A stretch of 47,894 nucleotides of DNA from a virus: the IMG/VR virus record IMGVR_UViG_3300031234_000013. One strand, written 5' to 3'. A program made the position numbers and the translations under genes. The notes under the pieces are model-generated. The model saw nothing but the letters and a program-made list of their open reading frames with translations, made no database searches and was not told the origin of the DNA. Below, one piece after another: positions 8,421 through 17,737 of this stretch (its first letter is position 1; each line of letters begins with the position of its first letter).

Positions 8421-8848
8421 TAGACCGATCTCCTAACATCTGTTACGTAGTCTTGTATGTAGTTAGATTCAGCTACAGAGTGGTTCTGGTTACCACCTAA
8501 ACACTTAACAGTATTATTAGCATCATCCCAACTTTCAAAGTAAGTAACATGCCCCTGCCAGTCACTGTCAAAGGGGAAGTGGAATACTAATATGTCACCT
8601 TCTTTAGCGTCATCAGGGTCTATTTTTTGACCATAAGTCTTGAAACTCTGAGCATTCAATAACCCAGTACCATGAAACCCTGCCTCTCTCTCACAGAAGT
8701 TAACCCACGCAGCACACCAACTGGTAGTTGCAGGATCAATGGCTATGTCACCATTAATTGCCTGAGAGTGCAATAACGCTCTTAATTCTCTATTGTTTCT
8801 TACTTGCTGAAGTCCTAAGAACTTACGAGCTACATCGATGCCTGCCAT
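8420..8848 (-). CDS. Endolysin, NlpC/P60-CHAP-like (TIGR02594-type) cell-wall hydrolase
   Basis: TSWCAAWVNFCEREAG (Cys), GDILVF, WQGHVTYF (His) and GGNQ motifs. Confidence 0.8.
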   Translation of the reverse strand: MAGIDVARKFLGLQQVRNNRELRALLHSQAINGDIAIDPATTSWCAAWVNFCEREAGFHGTGLLNAQSFKTYGQKIDPDDAKEGDILVFHFPFDSDWQGHVTYFESWDDANNTVKCLGGNQNHSVAESNYIQDYVTDVRRSV

Positions 8849-8850
8849 AA

Positions 8851-10251
8851 TTAGTTTCCTTGATTGTCACTGCTTGCATATTGTTGTTGTTGGTCTACTT
8901 GTGCAGACTGTGGAGGCTGTTGAACCTGTTGTTGCTGTTGTGCTGCTGTTGCTTGTGCATACTGATCAGGGGAGTAAGGGTCTTTACCGTTCTCTATTTG
9001 AACAATTCCCTGCATTACTTTAGTACGTGTTGCAGTATTAGACATATCTATAGGTTTATCAGGGTCTATACCTGCAGACTTGGCTAATGTATTAACATAT
9101 CCTTGTGTATCATTTTCACTAGATGGTGCATAGTGGCTTATAATAGTATTTAAGGACTGACCATTGTACTTAGTAGTTAGTAGATTAGATAAGGCTCCTA
9201 AACCTTGTTCTGGAGTTGCAAAACTTGCAAATCTAGGATCTGCACCTTTAGTGAACCCTGGTTGACTTTGTGTAAACCCTCCTATCTCCAAATTACCAGG
9301 ATTGTTATTACGAACACCTCTAGGAAGATTATGGTTGTTAAACTGGTCTTGTAATTGTTGTGGATCCACTTGAGTATTTCCTGATTTGCTGCTAGAAGTC
9401 TGCTGTGTACTAGAGGATGGTTGTACACCATTAATAGCGTCTTGTCTTGCTTTATTGGTACTTTGTTGTTCTTGTTGAGCCTGCTTCATTGCTGCAGCCC
9501 CGTAACTACCAGGTAAGTGTACATTAGCAAAGTCGCCATAGGGGCCAAATGATTTCCATTTTGTTCCTGATTCTAGACCATACTTAGGAGCTAGTGTAGC
9601 CATAGCATTTGCAAATGCTTTAACCTGTGATGGATAGTGCTTATCATCCCAACCATAACGAGAATCAACAATATCTAATGCCTTACCTGTAAGGTGCGCA
9701 CTATTCATTGTTTGAGAATTACCTTCTCTGATCTTTTGGGCCTGTGCTTCAGGAGTCATTCTTCCCTCAGCCACTACTGGTGAGAATCCTTGAGCTTTTA
9801 ACTCTGCCATTAATCCTTTAGCGCCTTGTAACATGACAGGGTCTATACCTCTCATATTAGGCTTATAAGAGCTTTCTTTTGCCATTGCTTCAGCATCAGG
9901 ATCTATAGACTGAGCTGCCTGTTGTCCTAATAATGACTGCGATGTATTAGTTTGCGGTGTCATACCTAGCTGATTCTGTACGTAACCTCCTATCAATCCT
10001 TGATTAGGCTGCTGTGCAGGTGTTACCGCAGGTGCTGTAGAAGGTTTAGCAGCAAATGCTTTTGTAAGTCCAGAAACTAGACCATTAAGACCTGACAGCA
10101 TTGACCCTGTACCTTGCTGTGCTGAAGCAGTAGGTGCTGATTTTCCTACTACACCTTGGTGTAAACCTTGAGCTAGAGGTTGTAGTAAACCGAAATTAAT
10201 TCCACCAGATTCTGGTAATTGTTGTTGTTGAGGATTAGATCCACTTAGCAT
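8851..10251 (-). CDS. Virion-associated protein with a central M15-type (VanY-like) peptidase domain and a C-terminal RNNNPGN domain. Q-rich ends
   Basis: SAHLTGKALDIVD (SxHxxGxAxD), WKSFGPYGDFANVH and RGVRNNNPGNLE..HYAPSSENDT. Confidence 0.7.
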   Translation of the reverse strand: MLSGSNPQQQQLPESGGINFGLLQPLAQGLHQGVVGKSAPTASAQQGTGSMLSGLNGLVSGLTKAFAAKPSTAPAVTPAQQPNQGLIGGYVQNQLGMTPQTNTSQSLLGQQAAQSIDPDAEAMAKESSYKPNMRGIDPVMLQGAKGLMAELKAQGFSPVVAEGRMTPEAQAQKIREGNSQTMNSAHLTGKALDIVDSRYGWDDKHYPSQVKAFANAMATLAPKYGLESGTKWKSFGPYGDFANVHLPGSYGAAAMKQAQQEQQSTNKARQDAINGVQPSSSTQQTSSSKSGNTQVDPQQLQDQFNNHNLPRGVRNNNPGNLEIGGFTQSQPGFTKGADPRFASFATPEQGLGALSNLLTTKYNGQSLNTIISHYAPSSENDTQGYVNTLAKSAGIDPDKPIDMSNTATRTKVMQGIVQIENGKDPYSPDQYAQATAAQQQQQVQQPPQSAQVDQQQQYASSDNQGN

Positions 10252-11915
10252 TATTGTCCACTCCCCATTGTTCCAGAAGCTATTTGACCAGCTGTTATTG
10301 ATAACCCTTTACCTATAACCTGATTCAACACTTGAGCTGCTTTAGTCCCTGAGAATTTAGATAAATTCTGTAGTGTAGACTGTCCTATAGGTGTCTGGGA
10401 TAATGCTTTAACTCCATACACAGCTCCTATTGATAACGCTGCTAATGGATGTCCTGCACCAAGTTCAGTAGCGCCAGCTGCTATAGCTCCTAGTCTTGTC
10501 AAATTATTATCTGTGAATCTTGCTACTGAGTTTAAACCATGAGCAGCTTCTACCGCCTTATTTAACCCGTCCATTGTTCGTTTAGCGTCAATCCCTAATA
10601 CTCTATCCATGGTTGGTTTCCATTTAGATAGGTTAGCCTGTAATTGTGGTATAGACAACATATTACCACTAGCATCGCTTAATACTTTATTTATTATGTG
10701 AGAATCAATTATATTCTGTCCTTGTTTATTCAATACAGCCTTAAACCCATTTATATCATTAACCCTTCCTGGCAGTGTTTTAGTGTTTAATAGATTATCC
10801 AGTAAAGCATTGGCAGTATGTGGATCTTTAACAACGGCTGCTGGATCTAAAGCATTAGCTACAGCATCCATGCCATATGATCTCATTGGTAATATTGTAC
10901 CTTTCCATATAGCATTAGCTTCGTTATATTTATCTAGTGCTCCTACTTTTATAGCTTCAGATTGTAAATGAGACTCTTCTAAATCTCCTAAACCTCTTAG
11001 ATCCTTACCCATTTCTGATGTTACTGAATTAGAAGTAAACTTGGTATAATTAGAACTTAATATCTTGCGAGCATCATGTAGTCCTGCTAAATCTGTAGCA
11101 TTATTAGATACATTTATAGTATCCTTTAATACTTGTTTTTGTAGTCCATTTAAACTATCTGAGTATTTATCTAATATTGACTGAGCATTACTAGCAATAG
11201 GTGTTCCAGAAACATCTCCTGGCATTCCTCTGAACTGTTCAAAGGCCTTATTAGCTACTGCCATACCAGTATTCCAAGTATTTGCTGATGCCTGCGCTGC
11301 AGCTTCATTGGTGCTGTATCCCATCAATTTAGAACTTATAGTGTCTAATACGCCTTGTATTTTAGCAGGTAGCAATCCAGCACCAATAGTTTGAGTTGCT
11401 ATAGTGCTAGCGCCCTCAACACCAGCTCCAACAACTGTTCCAGTAACTCCGGCTATAAGTTTTTGTGAAGCATCTCCATCTACTGCTGTTGCTGAAGTTG
11501 TGAAGTTATTAGCTATAAAAGCTGCAGAATCTGCTCCTACAGATCCTACATCCATTGCGGCCATGGCACCTCTAGCTGTTAGTCCTGCAGCTCCACCAGC
11601 AGCAATTGCACCAGCCATTCTACCAGCAAATGCTGTGTTTGGATTATCATGCATTGCCTGACCAGCAGGTGTTTGCGAAGCTTCAGGTGCTCCTACAGCA
11701 CGTGCTACAGGCCCTCCTGGCCCTAAACCTACTGCAGACGCTGCTCCACCACCAAATGCGTTAATTTTGTCTAAAATACCATCATTAGTAGGCTGTGCTG
11801 GCTGATTAGCAGAATCTCCCTGATCAGACATATACTTACTAAAGTCCTGAGCAGATTGAGCAGCCTGCGGCGTAGTTTGAGGTTGTGGCATGTACTGATC
11901 AAAAGAATCTGGCAT
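10251..11915 (-). CDS. Ala/Gly-rich internal virion (ejection) protein candidate
   Basis: 554-aa low-complexity protein in a run of overlap-coupled large genes distal to the tail genes. Confidence 0.5.
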   Translation of the reverse strand: MPDSFDQYMPQPQTTPQAAQSAQDFSKYMSDQGDSANQPAQPTNDGILDKINAFGGGAASAVGLGPGGPVARAVGAPEASQTPAGQAMHDNPNTAFAGRMAGAIAAGGAAGLTARGAMAAMDVGSVGADSAAFIANNFTTSATAVDGDASQKLIAGVTGTVVGAGVEGASTIATQTIGAGLLPAKIQGVLDTISSKLMGYSTNEAAAQASANTWNTGMAVANKAFEQFRGMPGDVSGTPIASNAQSILDKYSDSLNGLQKQVLKDTINVSNNATDLAGLHDARKILSSNYTKFTSNSVTSEMGKDLRGLGDLEESHLQSEAIKVGALDKYNEANAIWKGTILPMRSYGMDAVANALDPAAVVKDPHTANALLDNLLNTKTLPGRVNDINGFKAVLNKQGQNIIDSHIINKVLSDASGNMLSIPQLQANLSKWKPTMDRVLGIDAKRTMDGLNKAVEAAHGLNSVARFTDNNLTRLGAIAAGATELGAGHPLAALSIGAVYGVKALSQTPIGQSTLQNLSKFSGTKAAQVLNQVIGKGLSITAGQIASGTMGSGQ

Positions 11916-13471
11916 TATTTACTCGCTTTTTGTAGACCAAAGGCGGCTACTAACTTATCTTCAGTCATGTCTGGATGATCTAACATTGCTTGATGTAAAG
12001 CAGCATTAGGTACAGGACGTCCATTGTGCACATATCCTGAGGGCTCATTAGCTTTCTGCGGATCAAAAGGTTCAGGAACAGCTGTTCTCCAAGTTTGATA
12101 CTTCTGCTGATCTCCACCAGCCCTTATACGATTACTAGTTACCCAGTTATCGTGAGCTTTAGTTTGAGCTTGGTCTCGTACATTGCCTACAATGGCCTTT
12201 ATAGAATCCCAGTTAATGTTAGTACCGCCTACAATCTTATTTAATTGGTCTAATTGAGATTGAGTCATCTTTTCACCAGGAGTCTGATTAGCAAGTGCAC
12301 TTTTAGCTACGAAACCGCTTTCAGCGAAGAAATGTTGTAATATCTGTACTTGAGTAGAATTTATATTTAGTTTAGTAAGATCTTGTAGTTTACCAACAGT
12401 ACCTTTTGGAACAACTTTTAATATATTCAGAACTGAATTACTATTAGTTTCTAGAGTTTTAAGTCCTGGCATTGCTAAATCAGCAGTCTTCATTTCGTCA
12501 GCGTCTTTTGAATCTATAGCTTTCTGAGTACCACCACCTCCTGACAAACTATTTGGAGTAAGAATCTTACTAGTAGCATCATTAGCTTGATTATAATTTT
12601 GCTGTGCTTGCTGTATACGAGTAGCATCGCCAGACTGTTTAGCTGCAGTTAATTCATTTTGACGTTGTTCTACTAAGTTCTGAGCCATACCTAATGGAGT
12701 AGTTTTAGGTTGTAACTTACCAGCGTCTTTAGCATTAGCGTCATTAGCGTCATCTTGTTTTTGCTGTAGAGAATTAGCAATAACAGCATGAAGATATTGT
12801 GGATCATATCCTGCCGGTGTTACCGGTATACCAGCAAACACTTTCTGAGCAGATTGTGGCAATGTTGACAATAAAAGTCCAGCAGTTTTTATCTGTGTTT
12901 GAGGATCCTTTATGTTAGACAATGTTGAAGCTACTGTTCCTAATTGGTCTGTAATAGCTTTAGCATTTTTTAGTACAACAGTATCTGTATCTGCATTGGA
13001 TTTAGCTACTTCTGATATTGATTTCTGAATGGCTAAATTAGCAGTGTCAAACTTCTGACCTGCATCCACCCCACCATATTCATATTCAGCAGCCCGTGCT
13101 CCTGCCATACCGCCTTGTTGATAAGCAGCATTAACCCTTGCGTCTGCTGCATCCTTAGCTTGGGCAGCCTGTAGATCCATCTGCGCTCCTTGAGCTCTAG
13201 CGGTGTTGAAATCCGCAGTTGCTTGAGAGTTCTGCAGCTCAGAAGGAGCTTTAGCAGCTGATTGTGCCATGTTCTGCTGAGTCTGTTGTATGTCAACTTG
13301 TGCTTTTTGACGCTCAACAGCAGAGTTCTGTATAGAGTTAGCCGTACTAATACCCTGTTGTAGACCACTAGCTAAACTGTCAATACCGCTAGGCGTTGGA
13401 GCTATTTTAGCCACTTCACCTAGATGCACTCCCTCAGTTAAGGGGCGTAATAAACCGAAATCAATTGCCAT
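11915..13471 (-). CDS. Gln/Ala-rich internal virion protein candidate
   Basis: 518 aa, coiled-coil-like Q/A-rich composition, synteny. Confidence 0.5.
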   Translation of the reverse strand: MAIDFGLLRPLTEGVHLGEVAKIAPTPSGIDSLASGLQQGISTANSIQNSAVERQKAQVDIQQTQQNMAQSAAKAPSELQNSQATADFNTARAQGAQMDLQAAQAKDAADARVNAAYQQGGMAGARAAEYEYGGVDAGQKFDTANLAIQKSISEVAKSNADTDTVVLKNAKAITDQLGTVASTLSNIKDPQTQIKTAGLLLSTLPQSAQKVFAGIPVTPAGYDPQYLHAVIANSLQQKQDDANDANAKDAGKLQPKTTPLGMAQNLVEQRQNELTAAKQSGDATRIQQAQQNYNQANDATSKILTPNSLSGGGGTQKAIDSKDADEMKTADLAMPGLKTLETNSNSVLNILKVVPKGTVGKLQDLTKLNINSTQVQILQHFFAESGFVAKSALANQTPGEKMTQSQLDQLNKIVGGTNINWDSIKAIVGNVRDQAQTKAHDNWVTSNRIRAGGDQQKYQTWRTAVPEPFDPQKANEPSGYVHNGRPVPNAALHQAMLDHPDMTEDKLVAAFGLQKASK

Positions 13472-13474
13472 GAA

Positions 13475-14713
13475 TTATAACCCCAATGCGCCTAATATGC
13501 CTGTTGTAGATCCGGTAGATGATACACCACCTAGAGAGCCTAAAATTGAACCTATACCCGCCAATCCTGAAGAAGAAGATGATTGTCCCAATGTTTGATA
13601 TTGTGTACCTCCCAATATTGCTGCCTGACTTAGCGAATTACCTGCTGAAAGTGCAGCGTTAGCCTGATCTTGACCTAGACTATTAAGAAGATTTGATAAA
13701 CTATTTCCTTCAGATGTAGCTAGTGAAGCTTGAGAAGTTGCTGCCTGTTGTCCCGCACCTGCTAGACTTGATAATTGAGTTAAGGTATTACCGTAGAACT
13801 GGCTTAACGTATTCTGACCAAATTCTTGTAACTCCTTCAACATCTGACCTGAACCTAAGTACCCTTTAGCAGAAGCATCACTATCAATAGCCTGTGTACC
13901 CTGTTGTAGCTGTGCTTGGTAACCAGGTTCATTAGTTATGTTGTTCTGAACCTCATTTGCTGTAAGAGGGCCTTGTGCAGTGTATTGGTTATATAAAGCA
14001 TTAGCTTGTTGGTAATTAGTTTCTTCTCCTTGATATGCGGTATTTTCTATACCATACGTCAAGTTAGCATCTGAGTTAGGGTTATTAAGTTCTTGTTGTG
14101 CTAAACCTGTAGTAATAGCACTACTAAGTCCTGCATTATTCTCAAACGTAGATAATGAAGCATCTAACGCTCCAGCACCAGTATCACCACTATTTGTATC
14201 AATACCAACCCCTGGTAACGATTCTGCATTAGTCCCAGCTCCAATACCTTGGTAATCATAGTTACCAAAGAACTGACCTTTACTATTGAAGTTAGGAGTA
14301 GAATTCTCAGTTATGTAGCTATCTACATCCTGTTGTGTAATACCTGCTTCTAGAGACTGTAACGTAGGAGCAGTAGGAGCAGTAGGTGCTGAAGGATTAT
14401 ATGGAGTTAAACCTATATAAGAATTTAATTGATCTAATGCCTGCACACCTTCCTGTGTAGCAGGTTGAAGATCTGAAGTAGCTAACTGGAACTGCGCATT
14501 AGTAGCCTGAATAGCAGATCCTATAGCCTGTGTAGCATCATTAGATGCTTCATTAGCAGCCTGTACACCAAATTGACCTGCAGCATTAGCAACAGATGCA
14601 GGGACTGTAGATACTACGGAGCCTCCAGTCTGACCACCTCCTAATCGGTAAACATCTTTACCAAAATACTGGGTTCCATGAAAACCTACAATTTTATTTA
14701 AAATATTAAGCAT
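13475..14713 (-). CDS. Gln/Asn/Gly/Ser-rich virion protein candidate
   Basis: 412 aa, low complexity, synteny. Confidence 0.45.
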   Translation of the reverse strand: MLNILNKIVGFHGTQYFGKDVYRLGGGQTGGSVVSTVPASVANAAGQFGVQAANEASNDATQAIGSAIQATNAQFQLATSDLQPATQEGVQALDQLNSYIGLTPYNPSAPTAPTAPTLQSLEAGITQQDVDSYITENSTPNFNSKGQFFGNYDYQGIGAGTNAESLPGVGIDTNSGDTGAGALDASLSTFENNAGLSSAITTGLAQQELNNPNSDANLTYGIENTAYQGEETNYQQANALYNQYTAQGPLTANEVQNNITNEPGYQAQLQQGTQAIDSDASAKGYLGSGQMLKELQEFGQNTLSQFYGNTLTQLSSLAGAGQQAATSQASLATSEGNSLSNLLNSLGQDQANAALSAGNSLSQAAILGGTQYQTLGQSSSSSGLAGIGSILGSLGGVSSTGSTTGILGALGL

Positions 14714-15159
14714 TATACTTTTCCATATAGGTCATACTGATATAATAATAGATCTGTAGGTTCGCCATCATATAAGCTACCACCATCAATCATTCCACAA
14801 GCTTTCCATCCTAGTTTCTTGCACAATCCGTGAACATTAGCGCAAGGTACAGGTATTTCTGTAAAACACTTCTTAGCTTTAGTGTTCTCTTTAACCCAGT
14901 TAAATCCAGCAATACTAGATTGTTTAGATAAGTCACAAACTCCCCAGAACGTTGGGTGTATGTTTATATGAACTTCCATTACTTCTGAAGTTAAAGGTCT
15001 GATGTTAAATATTCCTACAACTGTATCGTTTTGTTTAATTACAAGGTATCTATAAGATTTATCAGGCTTACCAGAATAAGCTGTAACTTTAGATAGTTTA
15101 GGACTTGATAATATACTATTAACTAGTTTATAATCTTTAGTTTCTTGTATCGTAATCAT
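14713..15159 (-). CDS. GNAT-fold acetyltransferase-like protein inside the tail gene cluster
   Basis: VVGIFNIRPL..VHINIHP..CKKLGWKACG pattern resembles the small phage GNAT-like (DUF2824-type) family. Confidence 0.45.
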   Translation of the reverse strand: MITIQETKDYKLVNSILSSPKLSKVTAYSGKPDKSYRYLVIKQNDTVVGIFNIRPLTSEVMEVHINIHPTFWGVCDLSKQSSIAGFNWVKENTKAKKCFTEIPVPCANVHGLCKKLGWKACGMIDGGSLYDGEPTDLLLYQYDLYGKV

Positions 15160-15308
15160 TACAGAGTTCCTAAGTAAGTCTGTAATTGTTGTTCAGTTCC
15201 TGAGAACTTCTCAAATGATCCTGAAGACAGCATATAAGACCATGTATAAACTACAGCCTTAGTAGTTGTGTTATATGTTGTAGATATTAACGTATAATCA
15301 TAATTCAT
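15159..15308 (-). CDS. 49-aa protein
   Basis: TAATG overlaps at both ends. Read manually. Confidence 0.35.
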   Translation of the reverse strand: MNYDYTLISTTYNTTTKAVVYTWSYMLSSGSFEKFSGTEQQLQTYLGTL

Positions 15309-17737
15309 TAACTGTACTCATATATAAATACAACACCTGCAGACCCTGCGGCTCCTGCTGTACTTGAACCGTTAATAAGTCCACCGCCAGCGCCAGCTCC
15401 GAACCCTGTACCTGCTGTACCGGCTGCTGTTGAAGTTATGCCGGGCCCTCCTGAACCAAATGCTGTATCTCCGCCCTTTCCGCTAAATCCCGCTGAAGTT
15501 ACACCTCCAGACATTCCAACTGCTCCGCCCTGTCCTGGTACATTCAATAATGAAGTGCCTTGTGACGTTCCCACAGCTCCACCAAGACCTCCTGAATTAA
15601 ATGTGAAGCTACCACCTAAGTTGGCACTAGTAGGGCTTCCTGCACCACCATTTGCTGTTATAGTTCCTACTGTACAGGCTACTGTAGTGTTTCCACCAGT
15701 ACCACCATTATTAGATCCTGATGCTCCTGCTGTACCTGCTGCACCAATTGTAACAGTAGCAGATGTTCCTACTTGAGTTGATGTAAGTGAGCATTGAATT
15801 CTATTACCAGCACCGCCCCCGCCTACTGTATTCCAGTTACCAGCACCTAGAGCATCATTAACTCCTCCAGACCCACCGCCAGCGCCTAATACGTCAAAAA
15901 TTACTGTTGTTGCTGCTGTGTTTCGCGTGTACGTGCCAGAAGACGTGAATCTAGTTATTCCCAGTAATGTTCCTACAGGTAATGAAGTTATGCCAGTATT
16001 AGCAATGGTTATACCACCACCACTATTTGTTACACTTATTCCTGTTCCTGCTGTCAAAGTTGCTACAGTTAAAGTGTTACCTGTAGTATTTCCAATCAAC
16101 AATTGACCATTAGTATACGATGTAGTTCCTGTACCACCCTTATTAACTGGTACAGTTGGCAGCTGTGACGTTGTAGCTGTACCACTTATATCTGCGAAAG
16201 CTGGTTGAGACACATTAGGAGTTCCTGTAGTGTCTATATTATTAACCCATTTATGAGCTGTTGATGAAATACTAAATACACCTCCTAAAGCCAGCGAGGT
16301 TGGAGGTGGTATTGCATTAGCTATGTCAGCAGCTACTATAGTTCTATATGAAGGAGTTCCTAAAGTGGCTCCACTATTAGGCCCTGCTAAAAATGTATTA
16401 GAAAACTTTTGAAGTATTGTAGGCTGTAGATTACCTGAAACAGTTATAGGGCCGCTAGTCACTCCGCTATCGAATACTACACCATCTCCTACAAACCCTA
16501 CGGATGTAACACTACCAGATCCTGTACTTACAGTTGTCCATGTTGCGGGGCTAGCGTTACCATTAGAAACTAATATCTGTCCTGCTGTTCCATTAGCTGT
16601 AGTGTCAGATGCTATTAGATTATAAATTCCTAAAGGAGATCCTGCGTATGTTGGGAATGTTACTGTTGAAGGAAATGCTGATGTAAATGGTGTTCCAAAA
16701 TTAAATAAAGTACCATTAAGTACGCTGTACTGAGTTGGTGCAAAGTTTATACCAGCAGTATCAGTATTAGTGATTGTTCCTGTATTATTTACTCCTGTAC
16801 CGCCCTTACTTATACCTACTATATTGTGATACGTTGTAGCATTACCCGATGATGTTACATCACCTGTTAGATTAGCATTAGTTGTTACTGTTGCTGCATT
16901 ACCTGTGGTATTCTGGTTAAGAGTCGGAAATGTACAGTTAGTCAATGTTCCAGATGATGGAGTTCCAAGTGCAGGAGTTACAAGTGTAGGACTAGTACTC
17001 ATTACAAAAGTCGAACCAGTTCCTGTCTGTGACGTTACTGAGGTTGCATTACCTGTGCTTGTTATAGGGCCTGTAAGATTAGCATTAGTAGTAACAGTAG
17101 ATGCTAGTGTTGCAGTTGCAGCGTTACCAGTAGTACTCTGATTTAAAGTAGTTATACCTGGGTTAGGATAAGTACCTGTTAATACTCCTCCAGCAGTTCC
17201 GCTTGGAGCAGCTGACCCCGCAGTAGTTGCAAATGTAGCCGTTGCCGCATTACCAGTGGTACTTTGATTAAGAGTAGTAATTCCAGGATTAGGGTAAGTA
17301 CCTGTAAGTACACCACCAGCAGGGCCAGAAGGTGTAGCTCCTGTTATAAAAGTCTGTGTAGCTGAATCAATACGTCCTTGAGCATCAATAGTTATAATGG
17401 GTACTTCTGTACCACTACCATACACTCCAGGTATAACTGCAGTGTTTGCTAAATCATTAGGTTGAATTTGATCTGATAGTGTAGATTCTAATTGGCCAGA
17501 ACCAGTTACTACTTTAACAAACCCAGAACTTAGATCTGCTAATACTTGACCACTTTGTAGTGTACCAGTTAAGTCTCTGGTACTTAGTACATACTGTGCT
17601 GTTGTTGGAGCACCTGTACCACCAGTTAACAGGTTATTAGATAATAAAGTAAAGTAGTTACCCCATGCAGTTGTCAAGCTACCTGTGGGGGTAGCTATAG
17701 GACACTGAGTTGGTGGTGGCAATAACTTTTGAGGCAT
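15308..17737 (-). CDS. Tail fibre protein with internal repeats and a glycine-rich C-terminal domain
   Basis: 809 aa. GGVLTGTYPNPGITTLNQSTTGNAATAT occurs twice plus a third partial copy. The C-terminal ~200 aa is rich in GGxG. Confidence 0.75.
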   Translation of the reverse strand: MPQKLLPPPTQCPIATPTGSLTTAWGNYFTLLSNNLLTGGTGAPTTAQYVLSTRDLTGTLQSGQVLADLSSGFVKVVTGSGQLESTLSDQIQPNDLANTAVIPGVYGSGTEVPIITIDAQGRIDSATQTFITGATPSGPAGGVLTGTYPNPGITTLNQSTTGNAATATFATTAGSAAPSGTAGGVLTGTYPNPGITTLNQSTTGNAATATLASTVTTNANLTGPITSTGNATSVTSQTGTGSTFVMSTSPTLVTPALGTPSSGTLTNCTFPTLNQNTTGNAATVTTNANLTGDVTSSGNATTYHNIVGISKGGTGVNNTGTITNTDTAGINFAPTQYSVLNGTLFNFGTPFTSAFPSTVTFPTYAGSPLGIYNLIASDTTANGTAGQILVSNGNASPATWTTVSTGSGSVTSVGFVGDGVVFDSGVTSGPITVSGNLQPTILQKFSNTFLAGPNSGATLGTPSYRTIVAADIANAIPPPTSLALGGVFSISSTAHKWVNNIDTTGTPNVSQPAFADISGTATTSQLPTVPVNKGGTGTTSYTNGQLLIGNTTGNTLTVATLTAGTGISVTNSGGGITIANTGITSLPVGTLLGITRFTSSGTYTRNTAATTVIFDVLGAGGGSGGVNDALGAGNWNTVGGGGAGNRIQCSLTSTQVGTSATVTIGAAGTAGASGSNNGGTGGNTTVACTVGTITANGGAGSPTSANLGGSFTFNSGGLGGAVGTSQGTSLLNVPGQGGAVGMSGGVTSAGFSGKGGDTAFGSGGPGITSTAAGTAGTGFGAGAGGGLINGSSTAGAAGSAGVVFIYEYS

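Noticed and set aside
16880-17340. Diversity-generating retroelement (template/variable repeat pair) in the tail fibre
   Set aside because: The genome has no reverse transcriptase. The differences between copies are spread over all bases rather than being adenine-specific, and all copies lie inside the same ORF.
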